A stretch of DNA of 64,000 nucleotides from positions 2,691 through 66,690 of the forward strand of contig NIVC01001531.1 of assembly GCA_002269645.1 (NCBI GenBank). Reading direction: 5' to 3'. The stretch comes from Macrostomum lignano. Lineage: Eukaryota. Both the position numbers and the translations under genes were made by a program. This document shows, piece by piece, positions 23,401 through 35,896 of this stretch (its first letter is position 1; every line of letters begins with the position of its first letter). The notes below the pieces were generated by a model that was not told where the DNA came from, ran no database searches, and saw only the letters and a list, made by a program, of their open reading frames with translations.

Positions 23401-23834
23401 CTCCCTTCCATCATTTCCTTTTCATTCTCTTTCATTGCTAAGCTACAACACAAGAAATTCGAACTCACTTCAGCCTATTTTATGATCTGTAAAAACAAAA
23501 AATACACCCTAGAGAAAAAAAACATTTTTTCAGCGAAAAAATAAAAATTGATGTATAATCTAATGAAAAGCAATTTAAAACACCTCTGAACGTTGAAAAT
23601 TGTTAATTTTTGTACGTCAAAAACTTATTTTCAGTAGAGACTAAAACTAATTTATAATTGATTAATTTGCTTCTATCTGACTTGATCATTTTATTAAATT
23701 GAATGGGTGCCTGGCGAACTCAAGTGATTGATATGATAAAATTGTAAATGATTTTGCAAATTATCATACTCGTTTCCGAAATTAAATCAAATTATTTTGT
23801 ATAGAAAAACACTGGTAAAATGTGTTGGCGATTC

Positions 23835-24320
23835 ACTTTAATGTACACTCGCTCCCTTCTGAGCCCCATTCCAACCCCACCCAATGTACACTCGCTCCCG
23901 ACTGAGCCCCATTCCAACCCCACCCAATGTACACTCGCTCCCGACTGAGCCCCATTCCAACCCCACCCCAATGTACACTCGCTCCCGACTGAGCCCCATT
24001 CCAACCCCACCCCAATGTACACTCGCTCCCGACTGAGCCCCATTCCAACCCCACCCCAATGTACACTCGCTCCCGACTAAGCCCCATTCCAACCCCACCC
24101 AATGTACACTCGCTCCCGACTAAGCCCCATTCCAACCCCACCCCAATGTACACTCGCTCCCGACTAAGCCCCATTCCAACCCCACCCAATGTACACTCGC
24201 TGCCGACTGAGCCCCATTCCAACCCCACCCCAATGTACACTCGCTCCCGACTAAGCCCCATTCCAATCTACCCCAATGTACACTCGCTGCCGACTGAGCC
24301 CCATTCCAATCCACCCCTAT
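23835..24320. repeat. 43-44-bp minisatellite (aatgtacactcgctcccgactgagccccattccaaccccaccc)n
   Basis: Read directly. Confidence 0.95.
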
Positions 24321-24408
24321 TTATACATTGCGGTGCTTCAGACTTTGTGTCACAAGTTTGTAAAGCTTCATAGAAAAAAATTTCTGAATCAAAACAAAAA
24401 AGCAAACC

Positions 24409-27400
24409 ATGACAGGATCTGCTACTACCCGACAGGTACCTGTCAATCAAAGCTCATCATCAGGTTTCATTGGACGAGCAATTCTTGTGTTGATAATTAG
24501 TTTCATTGTCTACAGCTTGTTGTCGGCCTACTTTCCTGCAAGTACTGACAGTATCGCACCTGATGAATCAGGAAGCTTAAAAGAAGACCAAGTATCATTA
24601 GTTACCAGCGCTGTAGCATTCGAAAATGATCGACTTAAAGTCTATCGGACTGTATCTTCGAACAGTGGAAAAATAAAGAAAAAATCTGAGCTTATTGGCG
24701 AATTCAGTCTGGCATGGAGTGGAGAGAAATTGTCCGTTCAATCCAAGGTTTGTTTTGTTATATTACTTGATTTTCTTGGAATTCTAAGAAATTTTGCTAC
24801 GATTCTTGGAAAGTGTCGGCTCATTCTTAGTATACTTATGCAAGTACATGTAGTATTATTCGTAGCTAATTTTCAAGTGTACATTATCTCTGTTTCTTGG
24901 AATCAATTTACATGTAACTGCATGTAAGTGTAAAACTATTTCTTGGAATGTGACGCTCTATGTTAGCATTTGAAGTTTTATTTCTTAGAATATGAAGCTC
25001 GATCTGCTTCCCAGAATGTGAAAGCATATTTCTTATAATGTGGAGCTGCATTTCTTAGAATGTAAAGCTTTATTTTTAAAACGTGGAGCTGTATTTCTTA
25101 GAATGTGGAGCTGTATTTCTTGGAATGTGGAGCTGCATTTCCTGGAATGTGGAGCTGTATTTCTTGGAATGTGGAGCTGCATTTCTTGGAATGTGGAGCT
25201 GTATTTCTTAGAATTTGGAGCTTTATTTCTGAATATTTTGGTAATAGAAGCTATATTTCCTAAGATGTAGAGCTCTGTTTCTTGAAAAGCGAAGCTCTCT
25301 TTTTTAGAAAGTTGATCCGCTTCCAAAATAGATCATATTGACTCTAAGGATTTTTGATATAAATTCTTTGGGTGTGTCTCTATATGATTCTTAGAATGTG
25401 TCACTCTGATTCTTAGAATTTATCTCTCTGATTCTTAGAATTTGTCTCTCTGATTCTTAGAATTTGTCTCTCTGATTCTTAGAATTTGTCTCTCTGATTC
25501 TTAGAATTTGTCACTCTGATTCTTAAAATTTGTCACTGATTATTAAAATTTGTCACTCTGATTCTTAGAATTTGTCTCTCTGACTCTTAGAATGTGTCCC
25601 TCTGCTTCGTAAAATGTTTCACTCTGATTTTTGAAGTGTCTAGCACTGATTCTTAGAAAATACCATTTAAATTATTTGCAAATCAACAAAAATTACTGTC
25701 ACATTCCAGTCCGACCAGCAACCCAGCAGTTCTCGTCCTACAGATGCACGTGACCTGTCAATCACCTGGAGCAACGGAGGCAGCAGTCTTACTGTCACCA
25801 CGCTACCCCAGTCGTTTATTAATTCTCGATTCTTGAGCTGCCACCGCGCCGTCCTGACAACGGCAGCAAAAGAGTCTGCCAGTCTCTGCCTCGAGCTGCC
25901 GGCAGCCTCAGTCTACGGCGGCGGGGCCGCGTTCGACCAGCGCTGGCCAATCAACAGCCAGTCGATGCCAAGTCAAGCCTACGTCAGCAACGATTTCGCG
26001 GAACTCACCGGTGCTAAACGATCCGATCTCTGGGGCGGATTCGTTGAACGACTCTGGCTAACGTCTCGGGGCCTGCTGGTGCATGTGGACGATGCCACAC
26101 CGCTGTCGGTTGGTCAAGAAGCCGATCGTAGGCTATGCTTGACTGCCACACCCGATGACGAGGCTTATCTTTGGCGATCGAATCCTAGGGATTATTTGAA
26201 TGTCACAATCTGTGCGGCTGACAGCGCCAAGGAGGCTTACTTGGCTGCGCACAGCTGGTGAGAGCTCTCTGGCTTTTACACGTATCTATGGGCGATACTA
26301 ACTCTTACCTAATGCCCACTTGTAAGTCAGGGCGACTGTACACCCCCTGTGCCGGTGTCTGTCCGCTCTGGGATCAGGGATCGGGCATGACTGCTTGCCT
26401 GTCTGCAAAAACTTATAGGCTTTCATTCCGTGTCCTCCACTAGCCCTCAGTGTCCTCCACTAGCCTTCAGTGTCCTCCACTAGCCTTCAGTGTCCTCCAC
26501 TAGCCTTCAGTGTCCTCCACTAGCCTTCAGTGTCCTCCACTAGCCTTCAGTGTCCTCCACTAGCCTTCAGTGTCCTCCACTAGCCTTCAGTGTCCTCCAC
26601 TAGCCTTCAGTGTCCTCCACTAACCTTCAGTGTCCTCCACTAGCCTTCAGTGTCCTCCACTAGCCTTCAGTGTCCTCCACTAGCCTTCAGTGTCCTCCAC
26701 TAGCCTTCAGTGTCCTCCAATAGCCTTCAGTGTCCTCCACTAGCCTTCAGTGTCCTCCACTAGCCTTCAGTGTCCTCCACTAGCCTTCAGTGTCCTCCAC
26801 TAGCCTTCAGTGTCCTCCACTAGCCTTCAGTGTCCTCCACTAGCCTTCAGTGTCCTCCACTAGCCTTCAATGTCCTCCACTAGCCTTCAGTGTCCTCCAC
26901 TAGCCTTCAGTGTCCTCCAATAGCCTTCAGTGTCCTCCACTAGCCTTCAGTGTCCTCCACTAGCCTTCAGTGTCCTCCACTAGCCTTCAGTGTCCTCCAC
27001 TAGCCTTCAGTGTCCTCCACTAGCCTTCAGTGTCCTCCACTAGCCTTCAGTGTCCTCCACTAGCCTTCAGTGTCCTCCACTAGCCTTCAGTGTCCTCCAC
27101 TAGCCTTCAGTGTCCTCCACTAGCCTTCAGTGTCCTCCACTAGCCTTCAGTGTCCTCCACTAGCCTTCAGTGTCCTCCACTAGCCTTCAGTGTCCTCCAC
27201 TAGCCTTCAGTGTCCTCCACTAGCCTTCAGTGTCCTCCACTAGCCTTCAGTGTCCTCCACTAGCCTTCAGTGTCCTCCACTAGCCTTCAGTGTCCTCCAA
27301 TAGCCTTCAGTGTCCTCCACTAGCCTTCAGTGTCCTCCACTAGCCTTCAGTGTCCTCCACTAGCCTTCAGTGTCCTCCACTAGCCTTCAGTGTCCTCCAC

Positions 27401-29477
27401 TAGCCTTCAGTGTCCTCCACTAGCCTTCAGTGTCCTCCACTAGCCTTCAGTGTCCTCCAATAGCCTTCAGTGTCCTCCACTAGCCTTCAGTGTCCTCCAC
27501 TAGCCTTCAGTGTCCTCCACTAGCCTTCAGTGTCCTCCACTAGCCTTCAGTGTCCTCCACTAGCCTTCAGTGTCCTCCACTAGCCTTCAGTGTCCTCCAC
27601 TAGCCTTCAGTGTGTCCTCCACTAACTTTCAGTGTCCTACAGTAATCTTCAGTGTCCTACAATAACCTTCAGTGTCCTCCACTAGCCTTCAGTGTCCTCC
27701 ACTAGCCTTCAGTGTCCTCCACTAGCCTTCAGTGTGTCCTCCACTAACTTTCAGTGTCCTACAGTAATCTTCAGTGTCCTACAATAACCTTCAGTGTCCT
27801 ACTGTAATCTTCAGTGTCCTCCACTAACCTTCACTATCCTACACTAACCTTCATTGTCCTACAGTAATCTTCAGTGTCCTCCACTAACCTTCAGTGTCCT
27901 CCACTAACCTTCACTATCCTACACTAACCTTCATTGTCCTACAGTAATCTTCAGTGTCCTCCACTAACCTTCAGTGTCCTCCACTAACCTTCACTATCCT
28001 ACACTAACCTTCATTGTCCTACAGTAATCTTCAGTGTCCTCCACTAACCTTCAGTGTCCTACACTAACCTTCACTATCCTACACTAACCTTCATTGTCCT
28101 ACAGTAATCTTCAGTGTCCTCCACTAACCTTCAGTGTCCTCCACTAACCTTCACTATCCTACACTAACCTTCATTGTCCTACAGTAATCTTCAGTGTCCT
28201 CCACTAACCTTCACTATCCTACACTAACCTTCATTGTCCTACAGTAATCTTCAGTGTCCTCCACTAACCTTCAGTGTCCTCCACTAACCTTCACTATCCT
28301 ACACTAACCTTCATTGTCCTACAGTAATCTTCAGTGTCCTCCACTAACCTTCAGTGTCCTACAATAACCTTCAGTGTCATACAGTAATCTTCAGTGTCCT
28401 CCACTAACCTTCAATGTCCTCAAATGCCCTTCAATGCTCTACTAACGTTCAATGTCCTCAAATGACCTTCAATGCTCTCCACTAACCTTCAATATCGTCC
28501 AATGACCTTCTGGTGTCCTCCACTGGTCTTTAATGTTCTCTACTATTAGCTTCGTCACTACAACGTTTAATGTTATTCACTAATTTTAAATGTCGACTAA
28601 CCTTGAATGTCCTCCAATGGCCCCAATGTATTCCACTATCCTTCCATGCGACACATGCAATGCGAAGCAATCAAACAATCTTTCCTCGCAACAGGCTGTA
28701 CACTCGTCCAACATCGTCTCCCGACCGTCGCATCCTTCGCGAACCAATCTGGTGCACGTGGGCCAGGCACAAGACGGCGGTGGCTCAATCTGATGTGGAA
28801 TCTCTGGCTAATGACGTCACTAGGCTTGGCTTTCCCGCCAGTCAGATTGAAATTGACGATCGGTACACGATTAACTACGGCGATTTGGCATGGGATCCGA
28901 TTAAGTTTCCTAATCCTGCCGAGATGACGGCCAAACTAAAGTACATCGGGCACCGGGTCACGACTTGGATTGTGCCATTTTTTAATAAGAACACTTCGGC
29001 CTATGATGAAGCTGCGGCTGCTGGATATCTTTTGATTGAAAGCGTTAACGACAACAACAACAGATCAGCCGATATTCTCTGGTGGCAGGGAGTCGGAGGT
29101 CAGCTGGACCCGACCAACCCCAGCGCCGTCAGCTGGTTCGCGAACCGGCTGGCCAGATTTCGTCAGCAATTTGGCATCGAATCGTTTAAATTCGACGCTG
29201 GCGAGGTGTACTATCTGAGGGGGGCTCGAACTCAGGCCCCGCTGGAGGCGCCGATGCAGTTCACGACGGCCTACGTTCAGCAGGTGGCGGCAAAGTTCGG
29301 CGGAGCTGTCGAAGTTCGAGCCGGCTATCGAACTCAGTCAGTACCGGTTGCGACGCGGATGTTTGACAAGGACAGCCACTGGGGCGGGAGGAACGGACTG
29401 CGATCCATTGTGCCCAATGCGCTGATGCTGTCCATGGCGGGGTACCACTTTGTGATGCCCGACATGATTGGCGGTGA

Positions 29478-29561
<84 letters not shown>

Positions 29562-29564
29562 TAC

Positions 29565-29649
<85 letters not shown>

Positions 29650-30176
29650 TTCTGGGGCTCCAGAGTCAACAACATTGCATCCAATTTCCAGGAAACGCGT
29701 ACTCCGAGGACTCCATGGAAGGCGCCAGGCCGGAACGTGAGCTGTACATCCGCTGGATGCAGCTCAGCAGTTTTCTACCAATCGTGCAGTTTTCAATCGC
29801 ACCCTGGGACTATGACCAAGAAGTGACGGACATTGCTCTGAAGACGCTGAAGCTCAGAGCGGAAGTGTACATCCCCGCGTTGGAAGCGGCTTTGACCCAG
29901 TTGTTCAGCACGGGAGAGCCTGTCACCAGACCGCTGTGGTGGGCTTCGGACGGTACAGTCGATGACGTCAGACTTTGGACAGTGGACGATCAGTTCCTTG
30001 TTGGCGACTCGCTGCTAGTGGCTCCGGTAATTCGACAAAGCACAGTTGCTAGGGACATCTTGCTGCCGTCGGGGCGATGGAAGGACGGCTACAGCGGCCG
30101 ACTGGTTGATGGACCGCTGGTGCTGAAGGACCACCCGGCCAAACTGGATATGGTGCCGCATTTTATCAGAGTGTAG
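24409..30176 (+). CDS. MYORG: MYORG-type glycoside hydrolase family 31 (type II membrane alpha-galactosidase-like), about 716 aa
   Basis: Exons 24409-24747, about 25710-26257, 28695-29473 and 29692-30176 with compatible phases 0/2/1 (2151 nt). N-terminal TM helix; motifs [16 protein letters not shown] (nucleophile Asp), MPDMIGGNA (acid/base Asp), [10 protein letters not shown] and [15 protein letters not shown]. The exon 2 acceptor is the least certain. Confidence 0.88.
25040..25270. repeat. 22-bp minisatellite (gaatgtggagctgtatttcttg)n in MYORG intron 1
   Basis: Read directly. Confidence 0.88.
25385..25660. repeat. 22-bp minisatellite (ctctgattcttagaatttgtct)n in MYORG intron 1
   Basis: Read directly. 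Confidence 0.88.
26437..28530. repeat. 20-bp minisatellite (cactagccttcagtgtcctc)n in MYORG intron 2
   Basis: Nearly perfect from 26437 to about 27610, then patterned variants, degenerating toward 28530. Confidence 0.97.
29479..29650. repeat. (TCTG)n microsatellite in MYORG intron 3
   Basis: Read directly, starting immediately after the gtgagt donor. Confidence 0.97.
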
Positions 30177-30609
30177 CTAATCATGACTAGCGTTCGATGC
30201 TGCTAACTATTTTATTACATCTGCTTGATCATAAAAATTACTAGCTACAACTAAAAGGAGTACATGTATCTTCTTTGCAAGTAAACAAAAAACGGTAAAA
30301 CACAATTTCCAGCCAATTCGGGACAAAAATATAACAAAAAATACTATATATTTTGGTTTCTAAACGAACCGAACTAACAAAAAAGTAGAATATCATCTTT
30401 ATTGATGCTTTTTTTAATAATGAAATTTGATAGACTGCGAAATATTTTTTGTTTTCTTCTAAGCAGTAAAAATATTATTTTCGAGTTTAGAAACGGTCAA
30501 ATTTCAACAGCTAATCAGCGAGAAAGTAAGGACATGAGAAATATTTGAGAAAAAAAACTGATCGAGTCTTTTTAGCCAATCAGAGAGCGAGCTGAAGTGG
30601 AGAGTGAAA

Positions 30610-30880
30610 GATGGATGGAATGGTGAACTCTCTGTAGCCGATGAACGAGCAAGAAGGGGTAGAGAGTACGCGATGGAATGGTGAACTCTCTTTAGCCAAT
30701 GAACTAGCGAGAAAGGGTAGAGAGTACGCGATGGAATGGTGAACTCTCTGTAGCCAATGAACGAGCGAGAAGGAGTAGAGAGTACGCGATGGAATAGTGA
30801 ACTCTCTGTAGCCAATGAACGAGCGAGAAGGGGTAGAGAGTACGCGATGGAATGGTGAACTCTCTGTAGCCAATGAAGGA
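30610..30880. repeat. 58-bp tandem repeat (about 5 copies) between the converging MYORG and CTNS 3' ends
   Basis: gatggaatggtgaactc recurs at 30614, 30672 and 30730 (period 58). Confidence 0.92.
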
Positions 30881-31067
30881 TTGAATGGAGTCGAGGATGC
30901 TAGCGGTTAAGGTTTGTGAAAACTAGTCATTTCTTTTCTTCTATACTATTTCTATTACTATACGGCCTTTTACTACGGGTTTATTGCTCTCTCAATAACA
31001 GTATAAAAATGCTCCAAAAGATGACGGGGAAACAAAGTTAGAAACTAGTCGGTCTGCTATTTTTCCC

Positions 31068-32405
31068 TCACAGCAGTCTTGTCTTCTCGTCGGTGGATTT
31101 TTCCATTTGGTAGGCGTTGCTGTTGCTGTTGACACGGGCATCCGAGTGGGTCACGCTGCCGCCATCGATGACTATAATGCCTCCAGTGCTTGGCCCATAA
31201 AAGCAGTAGTGCTGCATGAAGAACAGAATGTTATAGAAAATGGAGACAATGCCGAGACCGAGTTTGGTTGGGTCGCCTAGCAGCGAGTCCCAGTCATTAT
31301 AGTTATATGCCAGCAAAAGCATCTGGGCAATGCTGAGAAAGCCGCCAGAAAAATCCAGGTAAACCTGGCCAATGGACCAACCCCAGGTGGACTTTCGACT
31401 GTAGTTCATATAAGCCTGCGGCACGTATTTAACCAGTGTAATCAAGAGTTTTAGGTAGGACGCAAAATAGATAAACTGTAGCCAGGTGAGACCGCAGGTA
31501 GCTCCACAGGCGGCGGTTAGTATCAGACAGATTAATAGGAATGACGCCATACCGCCTAGTAACAGACTGCCAATTATGGAGAGTTTCTGTCCGCCGCGTT
31601 CATAAATAAAGCATTGAATGCCCTGGAATATGGTGATGCCGAAGCAGTGCAAGGCGAAGATGCAGTCAGCCAGCTGCACTGGGATGACGCCTCGGGGATG
31701 CTGCTGGTGATACATCACCTGCAATGGCGGCACCCAGTACAGGCCGACATTGAAGATGCTGTAGACAATAAAGCCCATGATGTTGAAGCCGACAAAGTCG
31801 AAATTTAAACCGACCACAGACTTTCTGGTGTAGTTCAGCCAAGTCTGCGGGTAGTAGGACGCCGACCAGCAGAAGACGTACAACAGACCGACAGTGAAGT
31901 TTATAACGTTGATCCATCGACTGCGAATAACTTGGATTCGAACGAATCGGTCGGGACGATTCTCGAACTCGGGATTGGTGCAGTTCAGACCGATGATCAG
32001 GTGACCTGGCGTCAGACCGACTATCACGAATGGCATGGCGTGATAGGTTTCGTTGGTCGATGGAAGCCAGACGCGAGCCAGATCGCCAATCACTGGCACT
32101 CGCTGCTTGCTGGTGATCGCGTCGCCGGCCTCCATCTGATAGGTGAAGTACAGATAGTCGTCCTTGGTTGAGTTGCTGAATTGGCCAGATAATTGGAAGA
32201 ATAGATGGGCCTGTTCTCCAACTTCGATAGCTACGTCAGTCTGCGAGAATGTCACCGTGATCGGTTCTGTCTCGTCGATTGTCTGGAACAGCTCCTCTTC
32301 GACTGTAGTACCACCCGTAGTTGTTGTTGACGTGACCATCATACTTTGAGCCGCTAGAATAACGAGGAAAAAGGTAATTATAATGCCTGATTTAGACGCA
32401 AGCAT
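31068..32405 (-). CDS. CTNS: Cystinosin (lysosomal cystine/H+ symporter, PQ-loop family), 445 aa, intronless CDS
   Basis: Signal peptide, lumenal domain with N-glycosylation sequons, 7-TM region with two PQ loops (SASYYPQ, KYVPQAYMNY), and RKSVVGLNFDF, KSTWGWSIG and GDPTKLGLG motifs. Confidence 0.95.
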   Translation of the reverse strand: MLASKSGIIITFFLVILAAQSMMVTSTTTTGGTTVEEELFQTIDETEPITVTFSQTDVAIEVGEQAHLFFQLSGQFSNSTKDDYLYFTYQMEAGDAITSKQRVPVIGDLARVWLPSTNETYHAMPFVIVGLTPGHLIIGLNCTNPEFENRPDRFVRIQVIRSRWINVINFTVGLLYVFCWSASYYPQTWLNYTRKSVVGLNFDFVGFNIMGFIVYSIFNVGLYWVPPLQVMYHQQHPRGVIPVQLADCIFALHCFGITIFQGIQCFIYERGGQKLSIIGSLLLGGMASFLLICLILTAACGATCGLTWLQFIYFASYLKLLITLVKYVPQAYMNYSRKSTWGWSIGQVYLDFSGGFLSIAQMLLLAYNYNDWDSLLGDPTKLGLGIVSIFYNILFFMQHYCFYGPSTGGIIVIDGGSVTHSDARVNSNSNAYQMEKSTDEKTRLL

Positions 32406-32605
32406 GACGTACTACGGTGTTGGTAAAATTACATTCACCGTTAATTAATGTTTAGAGCTGTATAGTCAAAGACCCTCGCGGTGCACTTTGTTTATATAGT
32501 GCGCGTGCTGCGAGAGTCCACCGTACAGTTATTAAGATTGAAACCGGTTATCTCTAGTTGATGCGGTGTACATTTAATTGACTGCGAGAGAGCTGTTACG
32601 CTAAG

Positions 32606-32765
<160 letters not shown>

Positions 32766-35029
32766 AAAAACCGGTTGGTACTAGAGTGGCTATAAAGCTA
32801 TATAGTAAGTGCCCTATAGGTCACGCGATTGAATTTTTTATAAGCAGTTTTCTAGCCCTTAAACAACGCCGTACTAACACGTAAGTATATAAGAAAAGAC
32901 GTGCCAATACGATATGATAAGCGCACTGTAATTGCAATTGCAGTGGGTGAGCATGACATCGTGACGTGTGTAATTTGTGAGTTATCGGAAAAATTCCAAG
33001 TGGAAATTTTTCTTGAATGCGTCTTTATTGAGTGTTCGCACTATATAAATTCGTTCATTCAATTCTGCCTACTCGTACTAATTAAAGGGGTTAAAAAACA
33101 TTCTAGGTCAAACCTTGATCTCTGCTTTTTAGTGGATCTATAATCATATATGTGTTGCCCTGTTGTGGCTACAATTGGGTGGTACGGTAAATGTATAGTT
33201 GGTATATGTAACATATACTGTACATTGTACATATGCGATGCTGTGTAGTAGCGTTAAAATGTACCCTACAAGTGTGTACTATGAACTCTGCACCCGCATT
33301 AACATTTGCATGCACATACTACACATGAATACATGCATGTATTGTATGATATTCGATCAGGTACAAAATTTAATATTGAAAACACGAATAGGGGCCCGGC
33401 CCTTGGATTGGGTAGTTCTGCGTGTCTACTTTATTTTCTTTAAGTCGGTATGCATACAACAATAGCTACTACGGTCGCGAACCGAGATGAACCTTAGGCT
33501 ATGGATCAAATACACTATACTAATTGATGGTTCACTCAACAATTTTAGCAAAACTGCGCGTGTAAGACGAGCAAGGAGCAAATTAAAGGACCAAAGCAAA
33601 TTCAACGTTAAAAACCTGGATTTATCTCAAAACTTTTATGCCTTTTCCTTTGGCGAAATTACGCCACGATTTTGCTACCAATTAAGAGTAGAGAGAGGAA
33701 AAGTAGAGGGGAGAAAGGAAAGGGTAGACGGAGAACGTCAGCTTGGAGCGGTTCAGCCTGCATGGGTGAGGACACTCCCTACATGTACGTGCTCGAGCCG
33801 AGCCAAAGCGTTCGAGACCCATGGAAACTCAGCGCAGAATCTGCCGAATGCGCAGAAGCTCAGTTTGGGGCTTTAGTCTTTTTTAAAAGCAGAGTTGAAT
33901 TTGGTATGCAGAAGTGCATAACCAGCCCAAGTAAAAAATAGGGGGGGGGGGTAACTAACATGCATGTATATATTCTCAATTGCTCATTAACTTGCGATGT
34001 ACATGCACTGTAACATGCATCCTGCCGATGCGTTTGCTCAAATTCCTTTACGACATTCAGGCGTCTGACCTTTCGATAAAATCGCCGTAGAATCCCCCTG
34101 CAGAGCATCAAGAAGAGTACTGGTTTGCTATAACGGTTGCTATAATGGTTGCTATAATGACATTTTCAGAGTTGATGACATTTGAGTTGATGAGTTGATG
34201 AATTTGAGAGTATTTGAGTGTATGTATTTGAGTTGATGAGAGTTGATGACAGTTGATGACATTTGCGGATTACAGAAATAATTTTGTACCATACAATTAT
34301 GTTTGTTGCTTTTTACGCATTTTATACTAGTTATTTTAGGTATTTTACACACATTTTCCATTTCGCTATGTCTGTTACCAAAGTAAGTGTTTCGCTTCGC
34401 CAGCTCATTTTTCACAGGGTACATTCTGCAATAGTTACACATACAAAGAGAATACAAGAAGATTAAATTTAAGTCTTACTGTATATGCTCTTTTTACTAA
34501 ATTTAAACTAGAGTTCGTCTCAGCTTAGAAAGTAAGTATGTGACCAAGGCTTTTTAAGCATTCTATATTTAATTTGTTTGAATGCTTGCAAGTAAAAAAG
34601 TAAGTATTCGAGTTAATTACTTTCAAAGAAAAAAATAGGACGTCATGTTCTTTTTTGTTTACGCTTTAACGAAGCATTCGCAATCCGGAGCAGTTTAACC
34701 TGTTGTTTGTGTTAGAGAGTTTTTATTACAATCAATGACCATTATTAGGCCCTATAAAACGTTTTGTTCATTGCAATTAATATGACACTATTATATTGCA
34801 ATATAATACAACAATACATAACATTGGTTGGCAATATTACAATATATTTAAATAGCAACAGTTGTGCACAGAGACAGACAGAGAGGATGACTGATGAGTG
34901 AGTCATCATGCTAAATAACACCATTTGCTTAGTTTGCCTTGTTTTCGTTGGTGGACACTGTCTTTAGAGATTCCTTATTATCAGTAATACCACATTCAGC
35001 ATTCTGCTTGTCCAGTATGTAGTCACCCT

Positions 35030-35896
35030 CAGTGTTGGGCAAGTTACTCAAAAAAAGTAACTTGCGTTACTGTAACTTAAGTTACCAATTTTTAAAAAGT
35101 AACTTACGTTAGCCTAGTAACTTTAGACAAAAACCCGGTAACTTTTAAGTTACTGTCCGTTACTCACTTCCGTTACCCATGTTATTAACAAAATTTTCTG
35201 CTTTTTTCACATTGCATTTTTTTACATTGTTGTTACCGAAATTTGCCATTGGGCATTGGGATTAACCGATTAACAGACAGAGACAGCAATTGGCGACACG
35301 ATGTGAGGCAAGTAGAAGGACCGATGGGCAATGGCAATCAATAATTAAAATTATAAATGATAAAATAAACGAATATCAATAATTCAATAGAGTAAAATAA
35401 ATAGAACTGTATAAAATAGTGTAGTGTACTGCAGTGCCAGTGGAGGGACTTGTGGAGGCTACAGACGAATTTCTTTCTTTGGTTGTTTGTTTGAATCAAA
35501 CTTGAAAATTTTTAGTAAATTGAAAATGAGAAATAAAAATTGAAAAATAAAATGAAAGGCGAAAATATTTTACTGAAATTATAACTAAGCAAAACATGTT
35601 TTAAGTATTTCTTCATTAATTAAAGCGCAATACCAAATGATACTATTCACTTAATTTTGAATTAGGAATGAAAAATGCAAAAAAATGTGACAACCGGCGT
35701 AATAGCTAAGCATTTCAGTTTTAAATTTAAATATTGCGATTGTTGCAAAGTAACTGTAACGGACTTCTGAAATTTGAGTAACTTACCGTTACTCCGTTAC
35801 TAAAATAAAAAAGTAACTTGCGTAAGGAACGCTTTACGAAAAAGTAACTTGCGTTACCATTTGCAAGTTACTCGGTAACGGAAGTGCCCAACACTG
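35030..35896. mobile_element. MITE with terminal inverted repeats, hAT-like
   Basis: TIR CAGTGTTGGGCA (35030) / TGCCCAACACTG (35896), with clustered subterminal gtaac/gttac motifs at both ends. No matching 8-bp TSD. Confidence 0.75.

Noticed and set aside
22855-23485. Coiled-coil-like or Leu/Ser repeat ORFs
   Set aside because: They derive from a 21-bp CT-rich array.
28570-29826. 418-aa ORF as a standalone glycosidase with an LSVC repeat
   Set aside because: It is MYORG exon 3 read through flanking intron sequence; the repeat is intronic (TCTG)n.
24409-30176. Horizontal transfer of the GH31 gene from bacteria
   Set aside because: It has three spliceosomal introns, an N-terminal TM anchor, and length and motifs that fit animal MYORG.
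31614-32349. Small ORFs overlapping CTNS in other frames or on the other strand
   Set aside because: They are shadow ORFs of a GC-rich CDS with no independent evidence.
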